This document shows, piece by piece, positions 38,640-47,553 of a stretch of 50,965 nt of DNA; the stretch's first letter is position 1, and the number at the start of each line of letters is the position of its first letter. This DNA is from a virus (taxonomy: Duplodnaviria; Caudoviricetes). The stretch lies in IMG/VR virus record IMGVR_UViG_3300048598_000494, positions 1 to 50,965 of that record. One strand, given 5' to 3'. A program made the position numbers and the translations under genes. The notes under the pieces were generated by a model that was not told the DNA's origin, did no database searches, and saw only the letters and a list, made by a program, of their open reading frames with translations.

Positions 38640-38717
38640 ACCATACCAGACAGTTCTGGATATTCAACCCGGAATTTCTGGAATGCGAGCCGGCCCGAAT
38701 TGCCGGATAAATCTGGT
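38640..38717. promoter_or_regulatory. oR-like switch with three 14-bp operators
   Basis: CCAGACAGTTCTGG 38646, CCCGGAATTTCTGG 38668, CCGGATAAATCTGG 38703. Confidence 0.75.
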
Positions 38718-39383
38718 ATGAAAACCTTGCAGGAAATCGTGACCGCGCGCCTGGACGAGATCGGCCGCGGGCCGGGGACTGCCGAGCGGATCGGCGGTCT
38801 TGGCAAGAACTACGTCTCGGACATCGTCCGCGGTGAAAAGCGCGACGTGCGCTCGTCTTACCTCCCGCGCCTCGCCAAGGCGCTGGATTGGACCGCCGAA
38901 GAGCTGAGGGCGCAGATCGCCGGCACCCAGCCGACGCATGTCGCGATGATGGAGATCGATGCGACCGCCATCGAGCGGCTGCCGCTCGACATCCCCGTGC
39001 TCGGCGTCGCGGCGGCTTCGGTGGCCGGCGCCTTCGTCGTCGACGGCGAGATCGACCGCGTCCGTCGCCCGCCCGGCCTGACCCACGCCAAGAACGTCTA
39101 TGCGCTCTACGTGCGCGGCGATTCCATGAGCCCCAGGTATCGCCCGGGCGAGTTGATCTTCGTCTCGCCCGATCGCCCGGCCGGCGCCGGCGACGACGTG
39201 GTGGTCCAGACGCGAAATCACCCGGGCGCGCCGCTCGAAAGCTGGTTGAAGGAATATGTTCGCTCGGACGGGTCGACCGTCCACACGCGACAACTCAACC
39301 CGCCCGGCGCCGTCGACTTCAGGGCCGACCAGGTCGTCGCCGTTCACCGCGTCCTGACGATGCGCGAGATGTTCGGGGCGTGA
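38718..39383 (+). CDS. CI-like repressor (HTH + S24 peptidase)
   Basis: N-terminal HTH; V.GDSM.P.Y..G and catalytic K; AG cleavage-site candidate. Confidence 0.92.
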   Translation: MKTLQEIVTARLDEIGRGPGTAERIGGLGKNYVSDIVRGEKRDVRSSYLPRLAKALDWTAEELRAQIAGTQPTHVAMMEIDATAIERLPLDIPVLGVAAASVAGAFVVDGEIDRVRRPPGLTHAKNVYALYVRGDSMSPRYRPGELIFVSPDRPAGAGDDVVVQTRNHPGAPLESWLKEYVRSDGSTVHTRQLNPPGAVDFRADQVVAVHRVLTMREMFGA

Positions 39384-39731
39384 TCAGCGCCGCAGCTTGA
39401 TGATTCCCGGCACCGACGAGCCGTTCGGCCCATAGAGCAACATGCCCGCGACGCAGGCCGCGTCGCCGTCCTTCCCCGACCAAGCCCGGATGTCGGACCG
39501 CGCCTGCTCCAAAGCGATCGCCTTGTGGTCGGGGCGCTGCAGATCGGCGCCGTTGCCGACCAGCATGAAGGCGAGTGCCGTCTGGTTGACGATCAGGCGC
39601 GAACAGAGCTTCTCGAGCGCCATGACCTCGCCGGCATGGCGCAAGGCGTTCTCGGCGGATTCGGCAAGGACCGGGCTCGCGCAGCCCGTCGCCACGGCGA
39701 CGAGCAGTGCTCGGACGACGACGCTCGACAT
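39384..39731 (-). CDS. Exported hypothetical protein
   Basis: Signal peptide ending VLA, Cys pair, GAGGT RBS. Confidence 0.65.
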   Translation of the reverse strand: MSSVVVRALLVAVATGCASPVLAESAENALRHAGEVMALEKLCSRLIVNQTALAFMLVGNGADLQRPDHKAIALEQARSDIRAWSGKDGDAACVAGMLLYGPNGSSVPGIIKLRR

Positions 39732-39735
39732 TGCA

Positions 39736-39999
39736 TCACCTCTTGCCGCGCTTGATCCGGGATGCCTTTCCGGCTCCCCCGCCGGAGGACGCCCCGGCAC
39801 CGTCGGCGTATGCGGCGTCACCCGACGAGCAGGTCTGTTTCGACGCGCTGATCGATCCGTCGTTGCAGACGAATTTCGCGCCGGAGCAATGGGCTACGCC
39901 GCCCTTCTTGCCGGAACACGGGGTGTTTCTGGCATCGGCCGACGAAGTGGCCGACAGCAGGGCAAAAACGGCCAGAGCGAAGGGAATTGCTAGTCTCAT
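39736..39999 (-). CDS. YdcA-like small exported Cys-rich protein
   Basis: Signal peptide then N.PCSGKKGG..HC.G.KFVCNDGSISASK..C. Confidence 0.8.
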   Translation of the reverse strand: MRLAIPFALAVFALLSATSSADARNTPCSGKKGGVAHCSGAKFVCNDGSISASKQTCSSGDAAYADGAGASSGGGAGKASRIKRGKR

Positions 40000-40054
40000 G
40001 GCGACCTCCATGCATCCGGAGGTGGAGACTATCAAAGCGAACAAGCATCGCATT

Positions 40055-40105
40055 CCAGATGTTTCTGGATATCCAGTTGACTTCCAGAAATGGCTGGCAT
40101 AACGT
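40055..40105 (+). promoter_or_regulatory. pL/oL-like early promoter with two operators
   Basis: CCAGATGTTTCTGG 40055, TTGACT 40077, CCAGAAATGGCTGG 40084, TAACGT 40100 (17-nt spacer). Confidence 0.75.
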
Positions 40106-40138
40106 CGCTCTCCATCGGCGCATCCCGCGCCGTCGGAG

Positions 40139-40558
40139 ATGCGAATGTCTGCACCGCGCCTCGCCCCGTCCAACGAGACCCCGCCCGAGATCATCGATCG
40201 CCGCTCGATCACCGCGCCCACGGCGATCGTCGAGAGCATGGCGCGCGACATCCTCGCCGCCCGCCGCGACGGTCAGCATGCGGTTCTGATCGACCTCACC
40301 GAACTGGGTTGGACTCGCGCCCAGGCGCAGCGCTTCGGCTCGCAGGCCCACGCCGCCGCGCTCGACCCGCGCGTCGCGACGCAGGACGCGGTCGAGCGTC
40401 TGGCGGTGCGCGAGGGCAAGCACCTCGTCGCCGTCGCCGGCATCGACGCTGCCCGCATCATGGCGGCGGGCGAAGCGGCCGTCGCCGAGGCGCTCGCCGT
40501 CCCCGTGACCGGCGACATGGCCCAGATGATCGACGACATCGGAGGCGACGCGGCATGA
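40139..40558 (+). CDS. Hypothetical early protein
   Basis: First ORF after pL. Confidence 0.65.
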   Translation: MRMSAPRLAPSNETPPEIIDRRSITAPTAIVESMARDILAARRDGQHAVLIDLTELGWTRAQAQRFGSQAHAAALDPRVATQDAVERLAVREGKHLVAVAGIDAARIMAAGEAAVAEALAVPVTGDMAQMIDDIGGDAA

Positions 40559-40719
40559 CCCGACCTTCGATCCTGCTCCACCGTTTCGAAGACGCCCTCG
40601 AGGACGTCGCCCGCAAGCGCCGCTGGTGGATCGGCGAACTGATCCTCTTTGCCGGCATCTGCGCCGAGGTCTGGATCGGCATCGCCCGCACCGCCGCCCT
40701 CTATCACGGGGGACCGTGA
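40555..40719 (+). CDS. Small membrane protein
   Basis: GGAGG RBS, ATGA coupling, one TM. Confidence 0.55.
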   Translation: MTRPSILLHRFEDALEDVARKRRWWIGELILFAGICAEVWIGIARTAALYHGGP

Positions 40720-40721
40720 CC

Positions 40722-40844
40722 ATGTCGAAGCGGACCTTCGGAGATCGGCTGTTCGATTACGCGATCAGCGCCACCGGCATCGCGTTCATCGTGGCCGTGA
40801 TGTCCTCCCTCGCGCGCTTCACCGTCTGGCTGTGGGGATACTGA
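40722..40844 (+). CDS. Small membrane peptide
   Basis: 40 aa, one TM, 2-nt spacing. Confidence 0.5.
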   Translation: MSKRTFGDRLFDYAISATGIAFIVAVMSSLARFTVWLWGY

Positions 40845-40846
40845 CC

Positions 40847-41068
40847 ATGCTCCACGAGTCTTGCGACATCGTCGAGGATGCCGGCGGCTGGACCTGCCGG
40901 ACCTGCCGCGCGCACTGGCGGACCTCGCTCCAGCCCGACACCTGCGCCGAGGCCCGCGTTCCGACCGACGCGCCGACGGATCGCTCGGTGCTGATCGTCC
41001 TGGCGGTCTTCGGCATCGGCGCCGCGCTCTGCCTCGCCGCCGGTCTGGCGGGAGGCCTCGCGCCATGA
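40847..41068 (+). CDS. Small Cys-containing membrane protein
   Basis: CxxC plus C-terminal TM. Confidence 0.55.
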   Translation: MLHESCDIVEDAGGWTCRTCRAHWRTSLQPDTCAEARVPTDAPTDRSVLIVLAVFGIGAALCLAAGLAGGLAP

Positions 41069-41358
41069 CCCGCCCCCGTCTCTCCGAGACCCGCATCGGC
41101 ATCCTGCGCGCCATGCTGTCGCGCCGCGCGCCGCTGATCCTCGGGAATCGCACTTGGTTCGTGCGCGGCTGGTCGACGTTCGTTTCGCCCGCCGACGTCG
41201 AGGCCCTGCGCAACGGCGGATGGATCGAGCCCCCGGCCGATGCGCCGGCGCGCGGCAGTCACCGCCTCTTCGTCCTCACCGAGGCCGGACGCGATTTCGC
41301 CGCCCGCGCGGCCGCCCGCGCGATCCCGCCGTCCCGTGCCGAGGAGATCGCCGCATGA
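41065..41358 (+). CDS. Hypothetical winged-helix-like protein
   Basis: AL...GWI....LTEAGR motif; GGAGG RBS. Confidence 0.55.
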   Translation: MTRPRLSETRIGILRAMLSRRAPLILGNRTWFVRGWSTFVSPADVEALRNGGWIEPPADAPARGSHRLFVLTEAGRDFAARAAARAIPPSRAEEIAA

Positions 41359-41519
41359 GCATGGTGCCCACCGACGTCGCCGAACGCGCGCTCTCGGTCA
41401 TCGTCGTCATCGTCGACGAGATCCGGCAAGAGGCCGAGGCTCTTTTCGACCTCGCCGCGCGCCTCGAGGACGAGGCCGCCCGTCTTCGCTGCCCCGACAC
41501 CCGAGGAGAGAGCGCATGA
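41355..41519 (+). CDS. Hypothetical protein
   Basis: GAGGAG RBS, ATGA coupling on both sides. Confidence 0.55.
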   Translation: MSMVPTDVAERALSVIVVIVDEIRQEAEALFDLAARLEDEAARLRCPDTRGESA

Positions 41520-42256
41520 CGCGCATGCAGTCGTCCACCGGCCTCGCCATCGACCTCGCCGAGCCCGACCTCTCGATGATCGACATCGAGAAGGACATCG
41601 CCGGCCCGCTGTCGCGCCTCGTGCGCTTCGGCGGCCACCGCGTCGAGGTGCCCGGCGAAGCGCTGCCGCATCCCTACACGGTGGCGCAGCACTGCGTCGT
41701 CGGCGCGGATGCCCTCTTCGAAGAGACCGGCGACGTCGTCGCGGCCCTCGCGTTCCTGACGCACGACGCGCACGCGGCGCTGATCGGCGACCTGACCACG
41801 CCCGCGGCGATGGCCATCGAATACTGGGTCGAGGCTGCGATGCGGATCGCTGGCGGACCCGAGTTCACCCGGGCCGTGCGCTCGGCGCTCGGCACCGGCG
41901 TCGTCCGCGCCGGCCTCGATGGGCTCAAGGCCTCGCTCGACACGCAGATCCACCGCCTCGCCGGTCTCCCCCACCCGCTGCCGGCGCCGATCGCCCGGGC
42001 GGTGAAGGAGATGGACGAGCGGATGCTCGACCTCGAGCGTCGCCTGATCCTCGGCCAGCGGCTGCGCAATGCGACCGTCGACGAACTCTGGGGCGCGGTC
42101 GCGAAGGCCAAGCCGGTGCGGATCCGCGGCGGCCTGATCCCGTGGACGCAGCGCCAGGCCCGCACCGAATGGATGCGCCGGTGGACGATGTGGACCGGCG
42201 CGGCGAACGCACCCCGGGCCATCGCCCCGCGCCGCAAGCCCGCCACCGCCGCCTGA
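41516..42256 (+). CDS. HD-domain phosphohydrolase-like protein (YfbR/YfdR-like)
   Basis: RFGGH, YTVAQH, HDAHAALIGD..TP, VK..D. Confidence 0.85.
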   Translation: MTRMQSSTGLAIDLAEPDLSMIDIEKDIAGPLSRLVRFGGHRVEVPGEALPHPYTVAQHCVVGADALFEETGDVVAALAFLTHDAHAALIGDLTTPAAMAIEYWVEAAMRIAGGPEFTRAVRSALGTGVVRAGLDGLKASLDTQIHRLAGLPHPLPAPIARAVKEMDERMLDLERRLILGQRLRNATVDELWGAVAKAKPVRIRGGLIPWTQRQARTEWMRRWTMWTGAANAPRAIAPRRKPATAA

Positions 42257-42283
42257 ACACCCGCGACCGACAGGAGATCGCCC

Positions 42284-42586
42284 GTGAACATCGCCACTCG
42301 TACCGCTTTCGACCAGTCGACGGCCAGCGGCCCGCTGCTGACCACCGACGAGATCGCCGCCGCGCGCCGTGCGCTCGGTCTGCCGAACCGCCACAAGGTC
42401 TCGCACCGCAACCACCACCTCGGCCTCAGCCATCCCGACTGGCAGGCGATGGAGGCGCGCGGCCTCGCCACGGTGCGCCGGTCGTCCGAGGACGGCGCCC
42501 CCAGCCTGTGGCGCCTGACGCGCCGCGCCGCCGAGGCCGCCCTGCTGCCCGGCGAGCGCCTCAACCCCGACGACTTCCCCGCCTGA
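42284..42586 (+). CDS. Hypothetical protein
   Basis: AGGAG RBS with GTG start; R.ALGL, SHRNH. Confidence 0.65.
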   Translation: MNIATRTAFDQSTASGPLLTTDEIAAARRALGLPNRHKVSHRNHHLGLSHPDWQAMEARGLATVRRSSEDGAPSLWRLTRRAAEAALLPGERLNPDDFPA

Positions 42587-42587
42587 C

Positions 42588-42953
42588 ATGAGGCAACCCG
42601 TGTCGAAGATTCGCAACACCACCCAGATGCTCGGCCTGATCGGCGACGGCGACCTGCTCGCCGAACTCGACGAGAAGATGGTCGCGCTCAACACCACGCT
42701 CGTCGCCCAGACGGCCGGTCGCAAGAAGACCAAGGCCAAGGGCTCGATCACGCTGAAGCTCGACTTCGTCGTCGAGGACGGGACGGTGACGATCACCCCC
42801 GACATCGCGGTGAAGGAGCCCAAGCCGGCCCGCTCGACCGGGTTCTTCTGGGTCCGCCCCGACGGCACCCTGTCGACCGAACACCCGTCGCAGACCCGCA
42901 TGGACTTCAGCGAACGCGCCCGCACCGGCGACGCGGTCGTCACCTCCGCCTGA
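42588..42953 (+). CDS. Hypothetical protein, usual upstream partner of DUF2303
   Basis: KG.ITLKL, P...R...FFW...DG.L...HP.Q..M; start may be GTG 42600. Confidence 0.75.
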   Translation: MRQPVSKIRNTTQMLGLIGDGDLLAELDEKMVALNTTLVAQTAGRKKTKAKGSITLKLDFVVEDGTVTITPDIAVKEPKPARSTGFFWVRPDGTLSTEHPSQTRMDFSERARTGDAVVTSA

Positions 42954-42986
42954 CGCCGCCCACCCCTCTAGAACCGGAGCCACCAC

Positions 42987-44006
42987 ATGCCCGTCGAATC
43001 CACCCAGGCCGAAGCCATCAAGGAACTCGTCGCCCTCGCGTCCCAGGCGCGCGGCCTCGAGATCATCACCATCGAGAACGTCGCGGAAGCCCCCGGCATT
43101 CCCGAGCAGATCCCGATCGCCGTCCGTCACGGGACGGCGCCGGAACTGATCAACCTCGCGTCCTTCTTCGATTCCTGGCGCGATCGTCCGTCGGCGAAGC
43201 GCGGCACCGCGAAGGCGCTGGCGCTCGCCTCCTTCATCGACCTGACGAACCGTCACAAGACGATGCACTCGGTGGTCTTCGCGAAGACCGATTGGCGCGC
43301 GCCGTCCCTGCTCGCCGTGATCGACTATCACGAGATCAACGACGTTCCCGAGTTCAAGCCCGAGGACATCACCATCACGCCCGCCGGCGCGTGTGATCCG
43401 GCCGACGCCGCCGAGATGGCGGCCGCCTTCGTCTACAACCCGCCCCGTCCGGACAACATGCGTCATCGCATCGGCTACGACTACCCGCTCTCCGACGACT
43501 GGAAGTTCTGGGTCCTGAACGACGGCAAGGCCTTCGATCAGGGAGACTTCGCGGCCCTGGTCGAGGACCGGATCGCCGATCTCGCCGCGCCGGAGGACGA
43601 GGAGCGCTCGGTGCTCGAGGAGAAGTTCGAGACCAAGATCGCCTCGCCGGCGGACCTGATCCGCCTGTCGCGCGGTCTTCAGGTCAACGTCGAATCCAAG
43701 ATCAAGAACATCGTCTCGCTGCAGAGCGGCGCGGCGCAGATCCAGTTTGAGGAGGTCCACAAGGACAGCGACGGCCAGCCGCTGACCGTGCCCGGCCTCT
43801 TCATCCTGGCCATCGCGCCCTTCGCCTCGGGCGCGTCGATCCGCCTGCCGGTGCGCCTGCGCTACCGCAAGAAGGGCGGCACCATCGAGTGGTTCTACCA
43901 GATGTATCGGCCCGACCAGTACATCACCAATCGCCTGCGGCTCGACATCGCCGAGGTTGCCGAGAAGACCGGCCTGCCGGTCTACGAGGGCACCCCCGAG
44001 GCCTGA
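42987..44006 (+). CDS. DUF2303 (YfdQ-like) protein
   Basis: SFI...NR, AVIDYH, Q.DFA..VED, RLRYR, VYEG.P. Confidence 0.85.
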   Translation: MPVESTQAEAIKELVALASQARGLEIITIENVAEAPGIPEQIPIAVRHGTAPELINLASFFDSWRDRPSAKRGTAKALALASFIDLTNRHKTMHSVVFAKTDWRAPSLLAVIDYHEINDVPEFKPEDITITPAGACDPADAAEMAAAFVYNPPRPDNMRHRIGYDYPLSDDWKFWVLNDGKAFDQGDFAALVEDRIADLAAPEDEERSVLEEKFETKIASPADLIRLSRGLQVNVESKIKNIVSLQSGAAQIQFEEVHKDSDGQPLTVPGLFILAIAPFASGASIRLPVRLRYRKKGGTIEWFYQMYRPDQYITNRLRLDIAEVAEKTGLPVYEGTPEA

Positions 44007-44095
44007 TCCCCCGCGCCCCGCGCTCGCCTCCCGAGCGCCACTCCACCGCCCCGGTCGATCACCGGCCGGGGCGGGCTCTTCGAAAGGATCCGAAC

Positions 44096-44263
44096 ATGGC
44101 GGGCCTCATCTATCACCTTCGATACGCGCTACGGCTCCGCAGTAGGGGAGGTCTGACGCTCATTCAGGCCTGGACGTATCCGATGCCGAACCCCGACGAC
44201 CGTGGCGATCCGATCGAAGATGCCGACGACGAGATGGACGCCTTCTCCGACTGTGTCGGCTGA
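44096..44263 (+). CDS. Small hypothetical protein
   Basis: AAGGA RBS; flanked by hairpins at ~44046-44074 and ~44274-44296. Confidence 0.5.
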   Translation: MAGLIYHLRYALRLRSRGGLTLIQAWTYPMPNPDDRGDPIEDADDEMDAFSDCVG

Positions 44264-44328
44264 CCGTCTCGCTCTGCCGGCGCCCTCCGCCGGCAGCACC
44301 GGACGATCACCATCGTGAGGAACAGGAA

Positions 44329-45306
44329 ATGGCCGAAACGATCAGCAGCGGCGGAAGGATCGGAAACGATCTCATGTGGATCGGAGCCGACCGCGTCAAG
44401 ATCTCAGGAAGCGACGAGGTCGTCGTTCTCACCGTGAGGAAGAACAATTGCGGCGGCGAGGTGATCGCCAGAGACATTGCGTCGCCCGCGCATGTATCGG
44501 CCCTTCGCGACATCGCCCGTCGGATCGAGAACCTGTTGGTCGAGGTCGAATTCCAGGCCGTCGCCACACCAGCCGCCGAGGCCCTCGAGGGCGTCGCCCT
44601 CGCGATCTCGACCGAGGAGACCCGCTATTACCTGAACGGCGTCTACATCCACCTCGGCGGCGCCGAGAGCCGTCTGCTGACCTTCGTCGCCACCGACGGC
44701 CACCGCCTCTCGCTCGTCCGCCGCGACTGTCCCGACGGCGCCGACGGCATGCCCGGCGTCATCGTGCCGCGCAAGACGGTCGCCGAGGTGTCGAAGCTCT
44801 GCCGCGGCAACCCGAAGGAGGCACGCCTCTCGATCTCGGACACCAAGATCCGGTTCGAGATCGGCGACGTGACCCTCGTCTCGAAGCTGATCGACGGCAC
44901 CTTTCCGGAATACGACCGCGTCATCCCGGCCAAGACGGCGACAACGGCGTCGGCCGTGATCCAGCGCGAGGCCACGCGCGACGCCGTCGACCGCGTGATG
45001 ACCATGAACGCGGAGCGCGGACGGGCCGTCAAGGTGACGATCGACGGCGCGACGATGGAAATGCGCCTCGACGTTTCAGATCCCGACAGAGGAAATGCCA
45101 CCGAGACGGTCGGGCTGGTCAGCGCCGAGCCGATCGACATCGCGATTGGACTCAACGGACGATACCTCGTCGAAGCCCTCGACGCCCTCGGCGGCGACAC
45201 GGTCTCCATCGCCGCCACCGACCCGGGCTCGCCCGTTCTGATGACCCCCGCCGACGATCTCGCAGGCACCCGCCGCCTGATCGTCGTCATGCCGATGAGG
45301 GTGTGA
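44329..45306 (+). CDS. DnaN-like beta sliding clamp lacking domain I
   Basis: AISTEETRYYLNG, ATDGHRL, VPRK, SKLIDGTFP.Y.RVIP, MPMRV; first ~85 aa not recognisably DnaN. Confidence 0.88.
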   Translation: MAETISSGGRIGNDLMWIGADRVKISGSDEVVVLTVRKNNCGGEVIARDIASPAHVSALRDIARRIENLLVEVEFQAVATPAAEALEGVALAISTEETRYYLNGVYIHLGGAESRLLTFVATDGHRLSLVRRDCPDGADGMPGVIVPRKTVAEVSKLCRGNPKEARLSISDTKIRFEIGDVTLVSKLIDGTFPEYDRVIPAKTATTASAVIQREATRDAVDRVMTMNAERGRAVKVTIDGATMEMRLDVSDPDRGNATETVGLVSAEPIDIAIGLNGRYLVEALDALGGDTVSIAATDPGSPVLMTPADDLAGTRRLIVVMPMRV

Positions 45307-45309
45307 ACC

Positions 45310-45981
45310 ATGGCCAAGCTGGACACCGATGCCGTCGACCGCATTCGCAGGGTGATCGAGGCCGAAGAGGCCATGGGAGACCAGAAACTCGCGATCGCGC
45401 TGACGCTCTTGCTCGAGTGGCATGAAAGGCAGGGCGAGATGTTCCAGTCGCGGGTTCGCCCGTGGTTGTTCACCTGTTTCGGCATCGAGATCGTCGCCGA
45501 TCGAACGGAGCGCAATCACCGCTTTCTCGAGGAAGCGCTCGAACTGGTGCAGGCTCTCGGCGGCACCCGCAGCGAGGCACACCAGCTCGTCGACTATGTC
45601 TTCGACCGCCCCGTCGGCGATCCAGGCCAGGAGGTCGGCGGCGTCATGGTGACGCTCGCCGCGCTCTGCCTCGCCGCCGGCCTCGACATGCACGAAGCCG
45701 GGGACACCGAACTCACCAGGGTCTGGACCAAGGTCGAGGCTATCAGGGCGAAGCAAGCGGCGAAGCCGAAGCACGGGCCGCTGCCGGGGCAGGTTCGGCT
45801 GGTGCGGCACAAGAAGCGCGGATCCACCTATCGCGTCGTCGGAACGGCCCTGCTGCAAGCCGCCGCGCCCGTCGGCGAGGCATGCGCGATGGTCGTCTAT
45901 CGCGACGTCGACAAGGGAACCCTCTGGGTTCGACCGGAATCGGAGTTTGACGACGGGCGTTTCGAGGAGGTCGGCGCATGA
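45310..45981 (+). CDS. MazG-like domain fused to DUF1653-like domain
   Basis: RFLEEALELVQ...QEVGGV; RHKK.G..Y.V..MVVY....LWVRP..EF. Confidence 0.65.
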   Translation: MAKLDTDAVDRIRRVIEAEEAMGDQKLAIALTLLLEWHERQGEMFQSRVRPWLFTCFGIEIVADRTERNHRFLEEALELVQALGGTRSEAHQLVDYVFDRPVGDPGQEVGGVMVTLAALCLAAGLDMHEAGDTELTRVWTKVEAIRAKQAAKPKHGPLPGQVRLVRHKKRGSTYRVVGTALLQAAAPVGEACAMVVYRDVDKGTLWVRPESEFDDGRFEEVGA

Positions 45982-46241
45982 CCGCCCAGTTCACCGCGAA
46001 GTGTCGCGTCGAAGGCTCCCGCCTCATCCTGTGCTCCGCCATCGAGCCGGCCGTCGAGGTCGGTGGGCAGGGCGCCCGACGGCAGGGTCTGAAGATGACG
46101 ACGCGCGTGCACCTCGAGACGGACCGGACGCGCCAGGCGCTCGCCCTGATCTCCGGCGACTACGGCCGCGGCGTGCTCGTCAACTACTGCCCATTCTGCG
46201 GCGAGAAGATCGTGACCACCTTCGACGAGAAAGGCGCGTGA
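45978..46241 (+). CDS. Hypothetical protein with CPFCG
   Basis: GAGG RBS, ATGA coupling, NYCPFCG. Confidence 0.65.
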   Translation: MTAQFTAKCRVEGSRLILCSAIEPAVEVGGQGARRQGLKMTTRVHLETDRTRQALALISGDYGRGVLVNYCPFCGEKIVTTFDEKGA

Positions 46242-46242
46242 G

Positions 46243-46500
46243 ATGACCACCTTTCTCCGACAGGCCCTGATCTGGATCGGTCTCGCCACCGCGCTTCAGG
46301 TCGGAGCCGTGATGATCGACCGGTCCATCTTCCCGCTGATCCACGCGACCGGCGACGACACCGACAGCGCCAGCGAGCGCTCCGGCCTCGGCCTGCGCAC
46401 CGATCACGGCACCGGCTGCCAGTATCTCGAGAGCCGCTTCGGCGGCCTCGTCCCGCGCCTCGACGCCGCCGGCCGGCACGTCTGCAAGAGGGGGATGTGA
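46243..46500 (+). CDS. DUF6440-like membrane-anchored protein
   Basis: DDTD....RSG...TD..TGCQYL....GGL.PRL. Confidence 0.7.
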   Translation: MTTFLRQALIWIGLATALQVGAVMIDRSIFPLIHATGDDTDSASERSGLGLRTDHGTGCQYLESRFGGLVPRLDAAGRHVCKRGM

Positions 46501-46501
46501 G

Positions 46502-47104
46502 ATGACCGATCGTCCGATTCCCTTCTCCGATCCGATGGTGTCGGCGCTGCTCGCCGGCCGTAAGACGCAGACGCGGCGTGCCGGCGGTCTCGTCGTCGGG
46601 ATTTCCAGCGAACAGGCGGAGAGCCTCGATCTCGACGGATGGAGCGTCGGCGAGTGCGCCGGCGGGATGTGGGCCGCGAGGGTCTCTCCCGGTGACCGCC
46701 TCTGGGTGCGCGAGGCCTATTGGCAGCGCGGCCATTGGGTCGAGACGCCCGGCCTGACGAAGCAAGGTCGCATCAAGTGGGCCTTCGTCCCGGCCGACGA
46801 CGACGTCCGTTTCGACCGCCCCGACGGCGAGGTGCGCCTCGGCCGCTTCATGCCGCGCAAGTACAGCCGCATCACGCTCGACGTGACCGAGCTGCGGGTC
46901 GAGCGCCTGCAGAGCATCAGCCGTGGTGACGCGATGGAAGAGGGCTGTCCCTTCCCGAACATGGCGAAGGGACCGAACCCCGTCGACTGGTACGCCGACC
47001 TCTGGAACGTCATCAACGGCGAGGGTGCGTGGGAAAAGAACCCCTTCGTCACCGCCATCACCTTCCGCGTCCACCTCTGCAACATCGACCGCATGGAGGC
47101 CTGA
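46502..47104 (+). CDS. ASCH/PUA-like phage protein
   Basis: G.KTQTRR, GDRLWVRE, MPR..SRITL, RVERLQ.IS. Confidence 0.8.
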   Translation: MTDRPIPFSDPMVSALLAGRKTQTRRAGGLVVGISSEQAESLDLDGWSVGECAGGMWAARVSPGDRLWVREAYWQRGHWVETPGLTKQGRIKWAFVPADDDVRFDRPDGEVRLGRFMPRKYSRITLDVTELRVERLQSISRGDAMEEGCPFPNMAKGPNPVDWYADLWNVINGEGAWEKNPFVTAITFRVHLCNIDRMEA

Positions 47105-47109
47105 CGACC

Positions 47110-47550
47110 ATGTCCGGCAGCGTCAACAAAGTCATCCTGATCGGTCACCTCGGGCGCGACCCGGAGGTCCGCCGCACCCAGTCCGGCGCGCCGATCGTCA
47201 CCCTCTCGGTGGCGACGTCCGAGTCCTGGCGCGACCGCGCCTCCGGCGAGCGCCGCGAGAAGACCGAGTGGCACCGCGTGGTGGTCTTCACCGAAGGCCT
47301 CGCCAAGGTCGCCGAGCAGCACCTGAAGAAGGGCATGCGGGTCTATGTCGAGGGCAAGCTCGTCACCCGCGAATGGGCCGACCAGCAGGGCGGAAAGCGC
47401 TGGACGACCGAGATCGTCCTCAACGACTTCCGGTCGAACATCACCATGCTGGACCGCCAGCAGGGCAACCGCCCACCGGAAGGCGACGCCGACGACTACG
47501 CCGGGCCGATGTCCGGCGGCTACGACGACGATCCGATGGGAGGGCAGTGA
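47110..47550 (+). CDS. ssb: Single-stranded DNA-binding protein
   Basis: SVNKVILIG.LG.DPE, ATSESW, TEWHRVV, VYVEGKL. Confidence 0.95.
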   Translation: MSGSVNKVILIGHLGRDPEVRRTQSGAPIVTLSVATSESWRDRASGERREKTEWHRVVVFTEGLAKVAEQHLKKGMRVYVEGKLVTREWADQQGGKRWTTEIVLNDFRSNITMLDRQQGNRPPEGDADDYAGPMSGGYDDDPMGGQ

Positions 47551-47553
47551 GCC

